Shown piece by piece: positions 19,399 through 28,678 of a DNA stretch of 64,000 bases; position 1 is the stretch's first letter; each line of letters starts with the position of its first letter. Source of the DNA: an uncultured Bacteroidales bacterium (lineage in GTDB: Bacteria; Bacteroidota; Bacteroidia; Bacteroidales; CAYTAU01); NCBI GenBank assembly GCA_964435855.1, contig CAYTAU010000001.1:6633-70632 (forward strand). The letters are read 5' to 3'. The translations under genes were made by a program, and so were the position numbers. A model generated the notes under the pieces. The model ran no database searches, was not told where the DNA came from, and saw only the letters and a list, made by a program, of their open reading frames with translations.

Positions 19399-19557
19399 TA
19401 CTCAATAAATTAATTTGTTTTAAAAAGTACTTTGCAGTACAAAGTTAAATATAATAATATTCCTACCAAATTTTTTAACATTTTTTTTGAAATTAATTTA
19501 TAATATGCTGATTATCTGGGTGATTTTAAATTAGCTTTGTATTACTTAAATGTTTTT

Positions 19558-19589
19558 TTTGACAAACAGGCAACTATTTTGTATATTTG
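19558..19589 (+). promoter_or_regulatory. Candidate Bacteroidota sigma-A promoter (-33 TTTG, -7 TATATTTG)
   Basis: TTTG at 19558-19561 and TATATTTG at 19582-19589, with a 20-nt spacer. The -7 box ends 38 nt upstream of the ATG at 19627. Confidence 0.35.
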
Positions 19590-19626
19590 TGTGTCTTATA
19601 AATATTGAATTCAAAATTAAAATATT

Positions 19627-22600
19627 ATGAAAAAATTTCTACTTATCTGTATATTCTTAATTGTATCCTTATATTCATTTGGGCAATTTGGTGAAAAACA
19701 AGTTTTGAATCATGCAATGGGTGGTATATACGAAATTATACCAATTGATTATGATAATGATAATGATAATGATCTTATAGTTTCAACTATTAATGGGAGC
19801 AAAGTTGTTTTTTATGAAAATATTGGAAATGATTCATTAAATATTCAAAAGGTTATTTGCACTACTGCTCACATGAATATTGATACAGGAGATATTAATC
19901 TTGATGGATTAACAGATTTAATAATTGGTAATAATTTAGGTGTTGGTTGGTATGAAAATTCAGGAACAAATAATTTTTCAAATTATCATTTGGTATATAG
20001 CTCAAATGATTTATGTTTTGGTACTGCTGCAGATATTGATAATGACGGAGATTTCGATATTGTAGCAGGATTTTATAATACATCAAAAATATCATGGTTT
20101 ACAAATGATGGATTAGGTAATTTTGGATCTGAGCAAATAATTACAAATTCTGCAACAGATGTTAATACTATTCAAGTAGAAGATATGGATAATGATGGAT
20201 TTAAGGACCTGGTTGTTACGTCTGCTATGGATTATGCAATTGACTTTTATCATAATAATGGTAGTTTAGTTTTTACATGTTCTAATTTATATCCTGCAAA
20301 TAATACGATCCCTGTTAATAATGCCCCACAATTAATTGATATTAATAGTGATGGTCTAAAAGATATATTATTTCATTTATGGAGCACTCTTCAAATTACA
20401 AATTTAGGAGGAGGTAATTTTAATACTGCTGGATTTTATAGTACAAATGCAATGGGCTATGTTTTAGATTTTAACGATTATGATAATAATGGCAGTTTGA
20501 ATGCTGTTTATGGTGCAGGTATTTTTGCTGGTTATGTTGAAATTGTAACGACAAGTCAAATATTTTTTATGAATGATGATAATATTTTTTCCACAGATAT
20601 ATTTTTTACAGATTTCAATAATGATGGTTATTTAGATATTATTGAAGGGAGAATTTCAGGAAGGATTTTTTGGTATGAAAATGATGGTGCTAATTATTTT
20701 TTAAATCCTGTTCCGCTTAACAACAAATGCTATTCTCCTTTAAGAATATATGCTGAAGATTATGACTTTGATGGAGATCAGGATATTCTTGCTGCATATA
20801 CTTATGACAGATTTTTAGCACTTTACGAAAATCAAGGAGGAGGAGTCTTTGCATCCGAACAAGTTATTATTGATACATTAATTAATTATGTGGTATCAGA
20901 TAAAACTTCTTTAAATGATCTTGATAATGATAATGATCTTGATTTTGTTTATAGAGGTGATGATCAGTTGATAATACTTAAAAATAATTCTGGTATATGG
21001 GATACAACAACAATCGACACTACTAACATTAGAAGTATTTGTATAGAAGATATGGATCTAGATGGATTTAAAGATATTGTTTTTTCAAATTTTAATAATA
21101 CATATTTATTAATAAATGATGGTACTGGGAATTTTCCAATTGCCCAATTATTAGATACACTTTCGTCATATGATTATTATGATTTTATTAATGCTATTGA
21201 TATGGACAATGATTTAGATATGGATTTAGTTGTTGCAACTTCAAGTGGTGAAGTTTATTGGACAGCAAACAATGGTTCATGTCAATTTGATACCATCCAT
21301 CTGGTTTTTAATACTGGTAGTAATTTTTTTGGATTGCTTACTAAAGATTTAGATAACGATGGAGATATGGATATTATCCCTTTTTCAGGTCATGATATTT
21401 TTTGGGTGAAAAATGATGGCAATTTTAATTTTAGTAGTTCTGTAATTTTTTCTGATTGGACAGATTTCGTTCATAGTATAGATATTGCCGATCTTGATAA
21501 TGATACTGATATGGATATTGTTTTTACGTATAACAGTATTGTGTATTGGATTGAAAATGAAAATGGTGTTTATTTAAGTCCAATTATTGCTGAAGGAAAT
21601 TCTATACAACCAGTACCAGTAGTAACTGGAGATTTTGATATGGATGGTTTTATTGATATCGCATTTGGAACAGATGGGTCTAATGAAGTTGCCTGGATAA
21701 AAAATTATGTAAATTGTCCATACAAAATTATGGGTGAAATATTTTATGATGCAAATCAAAATGGAATAAGAGATACTTTGGAGGCAGGTTTTTTAAATTC
21801 AAATATTCAAATTTCTCCTGGCTCTCTGGCTTCATACACAAATCAATATGGTGAATATTGGAAAGCTGTTAGTGTTGGAAATTATACAGTTGATTATACT
21901 CCATTAAATTATTGGGGAATAACAACTGCATATCAAAACTATAATGTTGACATAACAATAAATCAGCAAATTGTTGATACATGTGATTTTGGATTTTATC
22001 CCGATTCAGTAGTTACAGATATTGCAACAGACTTAATATTTGATCATGGTATGTGTGGATATTACGGTCAATTCTGGATACATTACAGAAACATTGGAAC
22101 AAATCACGACAAAGGGATTATTGAGTTGAAACTAGATACTATGACAGATTTTTATTATTCCACATTTACTCCCGATTCTATTATAAATGAATACGTATAT
22201 TGGCATTTTGATTCATTAGATTATTTTGAAGAAAAAACATTTTATGTTTATACTTCATGGCCGATAACTACATCTATGAATGATACTATCGTAGAAGTTC
22301 TTAATCTTTATGTTTTGGACAGTATTGGAAATAATACATACACATCTATTGATACAACACTTATTGAAGTTACTTGCTCATACGACCCTAATGATAAGAG
22401 AGTTGAGCCTGTTGGTTATTCTGTTGAACATCATGTTTCTAATAATCAAAGACTAACTTATACCATTCGTTTCCAAAATACAGGAAATGCAACAGCAATT
22501 GATGTTGAAATTATTGATACATTAGACCAGAATCTTAATTTATCAACTTTTGAGCTAGTAGCATCAAGTCATTCAGTTAGAACAACTATAGATAACTATA

Positions 22601-23250
22601 TTCTTAAATTTGAATTTGATAGTATAATGTTACCAGATAGTACTGCAAATGAAATGGAAAGTCATGGGTTTGTTAGATACAGTATAATACCTGATTCGGG
22701 ATTAGTTCCAAACACTACAATTTTAAATAAAGCTGAAATCTATTTTGATTACAATCCTGCTATTATTACAAATACCGTATTTAATAATATTGAGTGCTGG
22801 ATTTCTCCTCCAGTTCCGATAATAGAATACTCCACAGGTAATTTAATTGTTAATACTACAAATAATATTCAATGGTATATAAATGATACAATAATTAATG
22901 GGGAAAACAATACAAGTATTAATCCACTCTGGACAGGAAGCTACATGGTTGAAGTAATTAATCAATACAATTGCGGCACATTCTCAGACACTTATGATTA
23001 CGTGGTTAATATTGATGAATTCAATAATAATAATTTTGTTTTATACCCAAATCCAACAAGTGGTATTCTTTACTTCAAAAACATTAAAAATGCACAAATT
23101 ACTATTACAGATTTAACAGGAAGAATTGTAATAAGAAAAAATAATGTGAATAAAAGTATAGATATTAATTTATTGAAAACCGGATTATATATAGTTAGGA
23201 TTAAACAAGCAGAAAATTTTGTAACAACAAAAATTATTAAAACTCATTAG
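19627..23250 (+). CDS. FG-GAP/VCBS-repeat secreted protein with T9SS C-terminal sorting domain
   Basis: 1207 aa with a signal peptide. It has many D-x-D/N-x-D-G-x-x-D repeats (DIDNDGDFDIV, DMDNDGFKDLVV and others) and a CSYDPNDK...FQNTGNATA adhesin-type module. It ends LYPNPTSGILYF...GLYIVRI.... Confidence 0.85.
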   Translation: MKKFLLICIFLIVSLYSFGQFGEKQVLNHAMGGIYEIIPIDYDNDNDNDLIVSTINGSKVVFYENIGNDSLNIQKVICTTAHMNIDTGDINLDGLTDLIIGNNLGVGWYENSGTNNFSNYHLVYSSNDLCFGTAADIDNDGDFDIVAGFYNTSKISWFTNDGLGNFGSEQIITNSATDVNTIQVEDMDNDGFKDLVVTSAMDYAIDFYHNNGSLVFTCSNLYPANNTIPVNNAPQLIDINSDGLKDILFHLWSTLQITNLGGGNFNTAGFYSTNAMGYVLDFNDYDNNGSLNAVYGAGIFAGYVEIVTTSQIFFMNDDNIFSTDIFFTDFNNDGYLDIIEGRISGRIFWYENDGANYFLNPVPLNNKCYSPLRIYAEDYDFDGDQDILAAYTYDRFLALYENQGGGVFASEQVIIDTLINYVVSDKTSLNDLDNDNDLDFVYRGDDQLIILKNNSGIWDTTTIDTTNIRSICIEDMDLDGFKDIVFSNFNNTYLLINDGTGNFPIAQLLDTLSSYDYYDFINAIDMDNDLDMDLVVATSSGEVYWTANNGSCQFDTIHLVFNTGSNFFGLLTKDLDNDGDMDIIPFSGHDIFWVKNDGNFNFSSSVIFSDWTDFVHSIDIADLDNDTDMDIVFTYNSIVYWIENENGVYLSPIIAEGNSIQPVPVVTGDFDMDGFIDIAFGTDGSNEVAWIKNYVNCPYKIMGEIFYDANQNGIRDTLEAGFLNSNIQISPGSLASYTNQYGEYWKAVSVGNYTVDYTPLNYWGITTAYQNYNVDITINQQIVDTCDFGFYPDSVVTDIATDLIFDHGMCGYYGQFWIHYRNIGTNHDKGIIELKLDTMTDFYYSTFTPDSIINEYVYWHFDSLDYFEEKTFYVYTSWPITTSMNDTIVEVLNLYVLDSIGNNTYTSIDTTLIEVTCSYDPNDKRVEPVGYSVEHHVSNNQRLTYTIRFQNTGNATAIDVEIIDTLDQNLNLSTFELVASSHSVRTTIDNYILKFEFDSIMLPDSTANEMESHGFVRYSIIPDSGLVPNTTILNKAEIYFDYNPAIITNTVFNNIECWISPPVPIIEYSTGNLIVNTTNNIQWYINDTIINGENNTSINPLWTGSYMVEVINQYNCGTFSDTYDYVVNIDEFNNNNFVLYPNPTSGILYFKNIKNAQITITDLTGRIVIRKNNVNKSIDINLLKTGLYIVRIKQAENFVTTKIIKTH

Positions 23251-23303
23251 AATATTTGTTTTCAACCATTTTTCTTCGTATATTTGTTTCAAATATTATC
23301 ATT

Positions 23304-23555
23304 ATGAAAAAATTTGCAATTTTATTATCTCTAATATTAACAGCAAAATTTTCATTTGGTTTGAAATGCGGTGTAAATAATCAGGAATACTTGCTGTTAA
23401 TAATACCTGCTTCAATACTTATTCTTATGTTTCTATACTCATTCATAAAAAGAAAGATAAAGCAGATGATAATTGCTTACAAAGAGAAGAAGGCACAATT
23501 AGCTCTTGAAGAAGAACATATTGTATCTGCAGATGAATTTATTTTGCTTACTTAA
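23304..23555 (+). CDS. Small membrane protein
   Basis: Internal Met gives MKKFAILLSLILTAKFSFG, which is signal-like. A second TM and a charged tail follow. Coding status is uncertain. Confidence 0.4.
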   Translation: MKKFAILLSLILTAKFSFGLKCGVNNQEYLLLIIPASILILMFLYSFIKRKIKQMIIAYKEKKAQLALEEEHIVSADEFILLT

Positions 23556-23743
23556 ACAATTTTAACAAACTTACGCAAGTTGCACTTTGCAACAGGGTGA
23601 TAGTCAAAAGAACCTCAAACTTAATATTAGTCAATTAGTAAGTGTACAAAATGACTTTTGAGCTTTTCGGTATTTATACCACTCTGCTTTTATAATTCCG
23701 ATTTACTGAAATAGAAAATATATATATGAAAACTCTAATCAGA

Positions 23744-24244
23744 TTAAGTAAATATTATCTGAGTATTTTCACCACCACACATTCCATAAAAATCGCCTAT
23801 AGTTAATACATCGCTTACATGTTCACTGAGATCTTCTTTGGATAATTTAAACATATCCATTGCCAGTTTGCATGCATATATTTCACCACCACCAGCAGTT
23901 ATCATTTCTAAAAATTCATCAACAGGTGGAATATCCAGTTTCTCCATCTGGCTTTTCATCATTGCCGACACACCATATTCAACAAATGGCAATGTTCCAA
24001 GAATTGTTGGAAAAGGAATATTCCCTGGCATTCTCATAGCTGAATTACCCACCGTAGCTGTTCGTAATTTTTTCATTCTTTTCTTGGTAATGGCATCTAA
24101 TCCAAAAAATGTAAAGAATATTTTTGCTTCAATTCCTTCCATAACTGCTCCATTTGTCATTACTAAAGATGCATAAACATCTTCTATTGCTCCTTTTGCG
24201 CAAATAATACAAACTTTTTTTAATGGTTTTTCTTTGTTATTCAT
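23744..24244 (-). CDS. DsrE/DsrF-like family protein
   Basis: The segment KKVCIICAKGAIEDVYASLVMTNGAVMEGIEAKIFFTFFGLDAI resembles DsrE/F-like sulfur-relay fold proteins. The start is moved to Met10 (24244), which removes the overlap with the TusE-like gene. Confidence 0.7.
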   Translation of the reverse strand: MNNKEKPLKKVCIICAKGAIEDVYASLVMTNGAVMEGIEAKIFFTFFGLDAITKKRMKKLRTATVGNSAMRMPGNIPFPTILGTLPFVEYGVSAMMKSQMEKLDIPPVDEFLEMITAGGGEIYACKLAMDMFKLSKEDLSEHVSDVLTIGDFYGMCGGENTQIIFT

Positions 24245-24261
24245 AATTTCATAATTTTTAA

Positions 24262-24573
24262 TTAAATACAACTGGCAGGTTTTGGAACTCCTGCAATTTT
24301 TGTAGCATTTTTTAAGGGTGCTCCTGGAAAAAGTTGATAAAACCCTTTAATATCAACAATCCCGGATTTCCCTATTGCTCTAATAGTTAATGTTGCTCCG
24401 CTAGCAAGCTTTTCTCTGATAAATTCTAAAACTTCGAAATGTTTATCAGTTAGTTCAAGATTACCCTCTGCAGCAATTGCTTTAGCAACTTCTTTATTCC
24501 ATTGCTCCGAATTAGTCATGTATCCATCGTCATTCACTTCGACAGATACACCTGCATATTCTTTTTGGTTCAT
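24262..24573 (-). CDS. TusE/DsrC/DsvC family sulfur relay protein
   Basis: 103 aa. It has EQWNKEVA...LTDKHFEVLEFIR and the C-terminal GVPKPASCI with the conserved penultimate-region Cys. Confidence 0.85.
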   Translation of the reverse strand: MNQKEYAGVSVEVNDDGYMTNSEQWNKEVAKAIAAEGNLELTDKHFEVLEFIREKLASGATLTIRAIGKSGIVDIKGFYQLFPGAPLKNATKIAGVPKPASCI

Positions 24574-24596
24574 AATTATTTAATTTAAATGTTTAT

Positions 24597-25214
24597 TTAT
24601 TGTTTTAGTTCTTTATTAAGTTCTTGAATAATCCTTAATGAGTATGATATAGATTTTCTCACTTCAGGTTTTTTCATTTCTTTATATAATTTATAAAACG
24701 ATTTATTATCCAGTTCATCATCCATTTTAACATTTGATATTACTGTTGTCATTTTTTCAATTGCACTTAGTACATCCGGGTTTGTAAGATTTTGAATTGT
24801 CTTGAAAATTTTATCTTTATTATCATACAAGTTTTTGAAAATGGAGAAATATCCCTTTTTTTCTAATTCGGCAATTTCAGCAATAACATCCATACTTAAA
24901 TGTCTAAGAATTGGACTTAAATCGGCAGCAAGGTCATTCATGCTTTCCATCATGCTGATAATTTTATTAAGATTTCCTACATTTTTAATGAGTTTAACTA
25001 ATAGCATCATTAATGCGTCCGTATCTAACTCAACACTTTTATTTTCAAGTTCTTCTACAGTAGCTTTAAACATATCATTTCCAACAAGCGATACATCACT
25101 AACTAGGTCTTCTAGCATTTGGGTTTTTAATCTCTGTTGTTCAACATATTTTAAAACCACATCAAGTTTATTGTTGATATCGCTAATTTGTTCTTGTATT
25201 TCGACTTGTTTCAT
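24597..25214 (-). CDS. DUF1641-like protein
   Basis: 205 aa, helical and acidic. It sits directly downstream of an SQR-like flavoprotein, which is the usual DUF1641 context. The family call is tentative. Confidence 0.6.
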   Translation of the reverse strand: MKQVEIQEQISDINNKLDVVLKYVEQQRLKTQMLEDLVSDVSLVGNDMFKATVEELENKSVELDTDALMMLLVKLIKNVGNLNKIISMMESMNDLAADLSPILRHLSMDVIAEIAELEKKGYFSIFKNLYDNKDKIFKTIQNLTNPDVLSAIEKMTTVISNVKMDDELDNKSFYKLYKEMKKPEVRKSISYSLRIIQELNKELKQ

Positions 25215-25226
25215 AATTATTATTTT

Positions 25227-26465
25227 TTATTCATATAATTTTTTTCCGGCCATTGACATATGTGTCGATATAGGCATTTCTTTTCCTTTAAGTAAAATAT
25301 GCCAATACATCCATCTAAAAATCATTTTTCCGTAATGATTCATTCTTGTAACTTTTAGTAAGCCAAACGGACCAACACCTGGTAAGGGAAAAGTTCCGGG
25401 TAATGGCTCTGTATCATAATTAAAGTCAATTAAAGTACCTTTTCCATGTCCTGTAACAATGTAACAATTTGCGTGACCGTCAAATTCACCGGTATAAGGT
25501 CTGTTTTCAATTGCACAGAAAAAGTTTTCCATTAATATTTCGCTTGCAAAATGAGCTACAGAGCCAGCTTTTGATGTTGGAATATCGCTGGCATCACCTA
25601 TAACAAAAATATTTTTGTAATTTTTTGCTTGTAATGTTTTGGGGTCGGTTGGAACATAATTAAGATCATCACCCATTCCACTTCGTTCTATTATTTTATC
25701 ACCCATATTTGTGGGGATAGAAACTAAACAATCAAATGGTATTTCAAGTCCGGCATAGTCAACTATTTTTTTCTCTTTATTATCAACACTTGCGATATTA
25801 TAATCGGGAATAATTTTTATATTCTTCTCTTCTAACAAATTACTAAGTAATTTTGTTGCTTTTGGTTTGGTAAATGCGCCCGATAATGGAGTTGCCATTA
25901 TGATATTTACTTTGTCTCTCATTCCTCTTTCTGTGAAGAAAGCATCTGCAAGAAATGCAAATTCTAAAGGAGCAACTGGACATTTATAAGGAATTTCAGC
26001 AATATTTATTACAAGATTACCACCTTTCCATGTCTTAAAATATTTGGCTAGTTCAACTGAACCTTCAATGGTATAAAAATCAAAAATATCTTTATACCAA
26101 AGTTCTCCTTTTAATCCCTCTACTTCTTCAGGTGCTGTTTTGCATCCGGTTGCGACAAATAAATAGTCATAGTTTAATACTTTTGATCCTTCTACAAGCA
26201 ATACTTTATTTTCGTCTGGTAGAATTTTATCAATTTCTGAATAAATTACATTAACTCCAATTGGGAAAAAATCATTTTTAGGTTTTATTACATCTTCTTT
26301 TTTATATATCCCAAAAGGAATAAATAAAAATCCAGGTTGATAATAATGTTGTTTGATTTGATCAACAATTGTTATTTCCCATTCGTTTTTTTCAAGGGCA
26401 TTGCGCATTTTATTAGCCATCATTGTTCCGGCTGTTCCTGCTCCTAATATTACAAGTTTTTTCAT
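25227..26465 (-). CDS. Sulfide:quinone oxidoreductase-like NAD(P)/FAD-dependent oxidoreductase
   Basis: 412 aa. It has the N-terminal ILGAGTAGT Rossmann motif, YKCPVAP (SQR-type Cys), FVIGDASD and HANCYIV (a second Cys). Confidence 0.8.
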   Translation of the reverse strand: MKKLVILGAGTAGTMMANKMRNALEKNEWEITIVDQIKQHYYQPGFLFIPFGIYKKEDVIKPKNDFFPIGVNVIYSEIDKILPDENKVLLVEGSKVLNYDYLFVATGCKTAPEEVEGLKGELWYKDIFDFYTIEGSVELAKYFKTWKGGNLVINIAEIPYKCPVAPLEFAFLADAFFTERGMRDKVNIIMATPLSGAFTKPKATKLLSNLLEEKNIKIIPDYNIASVDNKEKKIVDYAGLEIPFDCLVSIPTNMGDKIIERSGMGDDLNYVPTDPKTLQAKNYKNIFVIGDASDIPTSKAGSVAHFASEILMENFFCAIENRPYTGEFDGHANCYIVTGHGKGTLIDFNYDTEPLPGTFPLPGVGPFGLLKVTRMNHYGKMIFRWMYWHILLKGKEMPISTHMSMAGKKLYE

Positions 26466-26538
26466 TTCTAGTTAATTTTTAATAATTTTGCCTTAACAAA
26501 GATACGTCGGACATAATCTGAATTTTTATTTATCTGTA

Positions 26539-26550
26539 TGATAAATATCA
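26539..26550. promoter_or_regulatory. Fnr/Crp-type palindrome TGATaaatATCA (box 1)
   Basis: Read directly. It matches 8 of 10 positions of TTGAT-N4-ATCAA. It lies about 80 nt upstream of the SQR-like ATG and about 30 nt upstream of the Fnr-like ATG. Confidence 0.45.
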
Positions 26551-26555
26551 GTTTA

Positions 26556-26567
26556 TGATTTATATCA
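26556..26567. promoter_or_regulatory. Fnr/Crp-type palindrome TGATttatATCA (box 2)
   Basis: Read directly. Its centre is 17 nt from the centre of box 1. It ends 6 nt before the Fnr-like ATG. Confidence 0.45.
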
Positions 26568-26573
26568 TAATAT

Positions 26574-27269
26574 ATGGAAACAAGTAAAAAGGCATGTAAC
26601 TGTATAGATTGCGGTTTTAGAGCAGCTGTTTTTGAAAATCTAATTGACAGCGAAATAGATATTATTTGTCTTAGCAAAAAAGAAGTTGGATTTAATAAAG
26701 GTGATGTAATTGTATCAAAAGGTCAGGAAGTTGACGAGTTCCTTTATCTGAAAAGCGGACTGGTAAAGCTTTTTGAACCTGATGCAAAAGGAAAAGAGCA
26801 TATAATCAGAATAGCAAAACCTCTTGATTTTGTAAGCTTACTGTCAGTATTTTCGGAAACTCATTATAATTTTTCAATTACGGCTTTAAACGAGACCGTT
26901 GTATGTTATATAGACCTTAATTCTATAAAAGAACTAATAAAAAGCAACGGCAAATTTGGTTTGAAACTCATGGAAAAAATGAGTAATAACTTCGATAAAA
27001 TAATAAAAGCAAATATCAATATTAATAGCAAACAACTAAGAGGAAGAATTGCATATATATTAATATTTTTTGCCGATGAGATATATAACAGCTCAATTTT
27101 TGAATTACCTATTTCACGAAAAGAAATAGCTCAATTAATTAATATGACTACCGAAAATGTTATAAGGATTTTTTCAGAATTTAGAAAAGATGAAATTATT
27201 AAAATAAATGGTAAAGTTATAGAAATAATTAATAAAGAAATGCTGGAAAAAATTTCAAAACACGGTTAA
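26574..27269 (+). CDS. Crp/Fnr family transcriptional regulator with N-terminal Cys cluster
   Basis: 231 aa. It has an N-terminal C8-x-C10-x2-C13 cluster plus C111, a cNMP-binding-like barrel and the C-terminal HTH ISRKEIAQLINMTTENVIRIFSEFRKD. Confidence 0.85.
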   Translation: METSKKACNCIDCGFRAAVFENLIDSEIDIICLSKKEVGFNKGDVIVSKGQEVDEFLYLKSGLVKLFEPDAKGKEHIIRIAKPLDFVSLLSVFSETHYNFSITALNETVVCYIDLNSIKELIKSNGKFGLKLMEKMSNNFDKIIKANININSKQLRGRIAYILIFFADEIYNSSIFELPISRKEIAQLINMTTENVIRIFSEFRKDEIIKINGKVIEIINKEMLEKISKHG

Positions 27270-27307
27270 AATAAAAAGAAAACGTCAATATTTATACTTA
27301 CAATCTT

Positions 27308-28450
27308 CTATTTTAAAATACTTTTAGAAATAACAACTCTTTGTACTTGGTTTGTACCTTCGTATATCTGACAAAGTTTAACGTCTCTCATAATTTTTTC
27401 TACAATAAAACCGGTAGTATATCCATCGCCTGCCATTACTTGTACTGCATCTGTGGCAACTTTCATTGCCATATCAGAAGCATACATTTTTGCCATAGCA
27501 GAAAGCATTGATGCATCTCTGCGTTTTGCATCATAAGCCCAGGCAGCTCTATATATAAGCATACGTGCAGCTTCAATTTCCGTAGCCATATCAGAAAGCA
27601 TAAAAGCGATAATTTGTTGTGCTGATATTGGTTTACCAAATTGAATTCTATTTTTTGCCCAATCTTTTGATATTTCGAAAGCTTCACGTGCTGCACCAAG
27701 ACTTAATGCTCCAACTCCTGTTCTGGTACGGTCAAAAGTTTTCATTGCAATTAAAAATCCATGTCCTTCTTCTCCAAGTCTGTTTTCTTTCGGAATTTCT
27801 ACATCTGTAAAAATAATTTCATTCTGCACAGATGCTCTTTGTCCCATTTTTTGTAATCGGGGTTTAATTTCAATACCCGGAGAATCTTTATGAACTATAA
27901 ATGCGGTTAAACTTCTTGCTCCCCTTGCAGGGTCGGTTAGTGCAAAAACTGTAAAATATGTTGCAACTTCTGCGTTAGTTATAAAACGTTTATGCCCGTT
28001 TAAAATATATTTATCTCCTTTAAGAATTGCTGATGATTTAATACCTGCTACATCAGAACCCGCATTTGGTTCAGTAAGACAATATGCTGCTACAGCTTTT
28101 TGTTCTACTATTTCGGGAAAAAATTTTTTCTGTTGACTATCAGTTCCGGCAAGCACTAATGGAGTGAGAGCAAGTGCATTTGCGTCAATACATATACCTA
28201 TTCCTGCACAACCTGCGCCAAGCTCTTCCGATTGTATTGCACACCTTACAAGATCAAAGTCTTGTCCTCCAAATTCTTTTGGTAATATTCCGTTCATTAT
28301 ACCATTATCGTAGGCAGCTTTTACAATATCCCATGGAAATTCGGCAAGCTCGTCATATTTCATTCTATTTGGTTTGATCCATTGATTTGTAAAATCTCTA
28401 TACTTTTCTTGTACAGCTTCTTGTTCTTTGCTTAATGAAAAATCAATCAT
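27308..28450 (-). CDS. Acyl-CoA dehydrogenase (short/butyryl-CoA dehydrogenase-like)
   Basis: CLTEPNAGSD, FITNA and QIYEGTNQVQR are ACAD signatures. The start is set at MIDFSLSKEQ (Met17 of the track ORF). Confidence 0.9.
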   Translation of the reverse strand: MIDFSLSKEQEAVQEKYRDFTNQWIKPNRMKYDELAEFPWDIVKAAYDNGIMNGILPKEFGGQDFDLVRCAIQSEELGAGCAGIGICIDANALALTPLVLAGTDSQQKKFFPEIVEQKAVAAYCLTEPNAGSDVAGIKSSAILKGDKYILNGHKRFITNAEVATYFTVFALTDPARGARSLTAFIVHKDSPGIEIKPRLQKMGQRASVQNEIIFTDVEIPKENRLGEEGHGFLIAMKTFDRTRTGVGALSLGAAREAFEISKDWAKNRIQFGKPISAQQIIAFMLSDMATEIEAARMLIYRAAWAYDAKRRDASMLSAMAKMYASDMAMKVATDAVQVMAGDGYTTGFIVEKIMRDVKLCQIYEGTNQVQRVVISKSILK

Positions 28451-28678
28451 AGTATTTTTTTTAAAAATTGTGTATTTTTTGAGGTCGCTAATATACAAAT
28501 TTATTTATTATTTATTATTTTTATTTTTTTAAATAAAAATTATTCAAATAATAGACAAGTAAGCAAAATAAAATTTTAATTTGATTAATTTATTGGAAAG
28601 CATTTATTCCCATCCAATAGGCTATTTGGGAAGCAATTCGCAATGACAAAAAGATACTTCTTAGACTATATTCATATT

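Noticed and set aside
19741-19773. GATAAT microsatellite-like run
   Set aside because: It lies in frame inside the FG-GAP protein gene and encodes DYDNDNDNDL, part of the Asp/Asn-rich calcium-binding-type repeats of that protein. It is not an independent repeat feature.
24802-25335. 177-aa plus-strand ORF antisense to the DUF1641-like and SQR-like genes
   Set aside because: It has the low-complexity S/L/F/I-rich composition typical of the shadow frame of K/E/N-rich genes. It fully overlaps two well-supported genes. The same reasoning applies to 34775..35230, 34908..35243, 36511..36927, 37967..38416, 52330..52836, 16087..16392 and the other short antisense ORFs in the track.
26468-26677. 69-aa minus-strand ORF across the sulfur-operon / Fnr spacer
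   Set aside because: It overlaps the Fnr-like gene start and the regulatory palindromes, and nothing supports it as coding.
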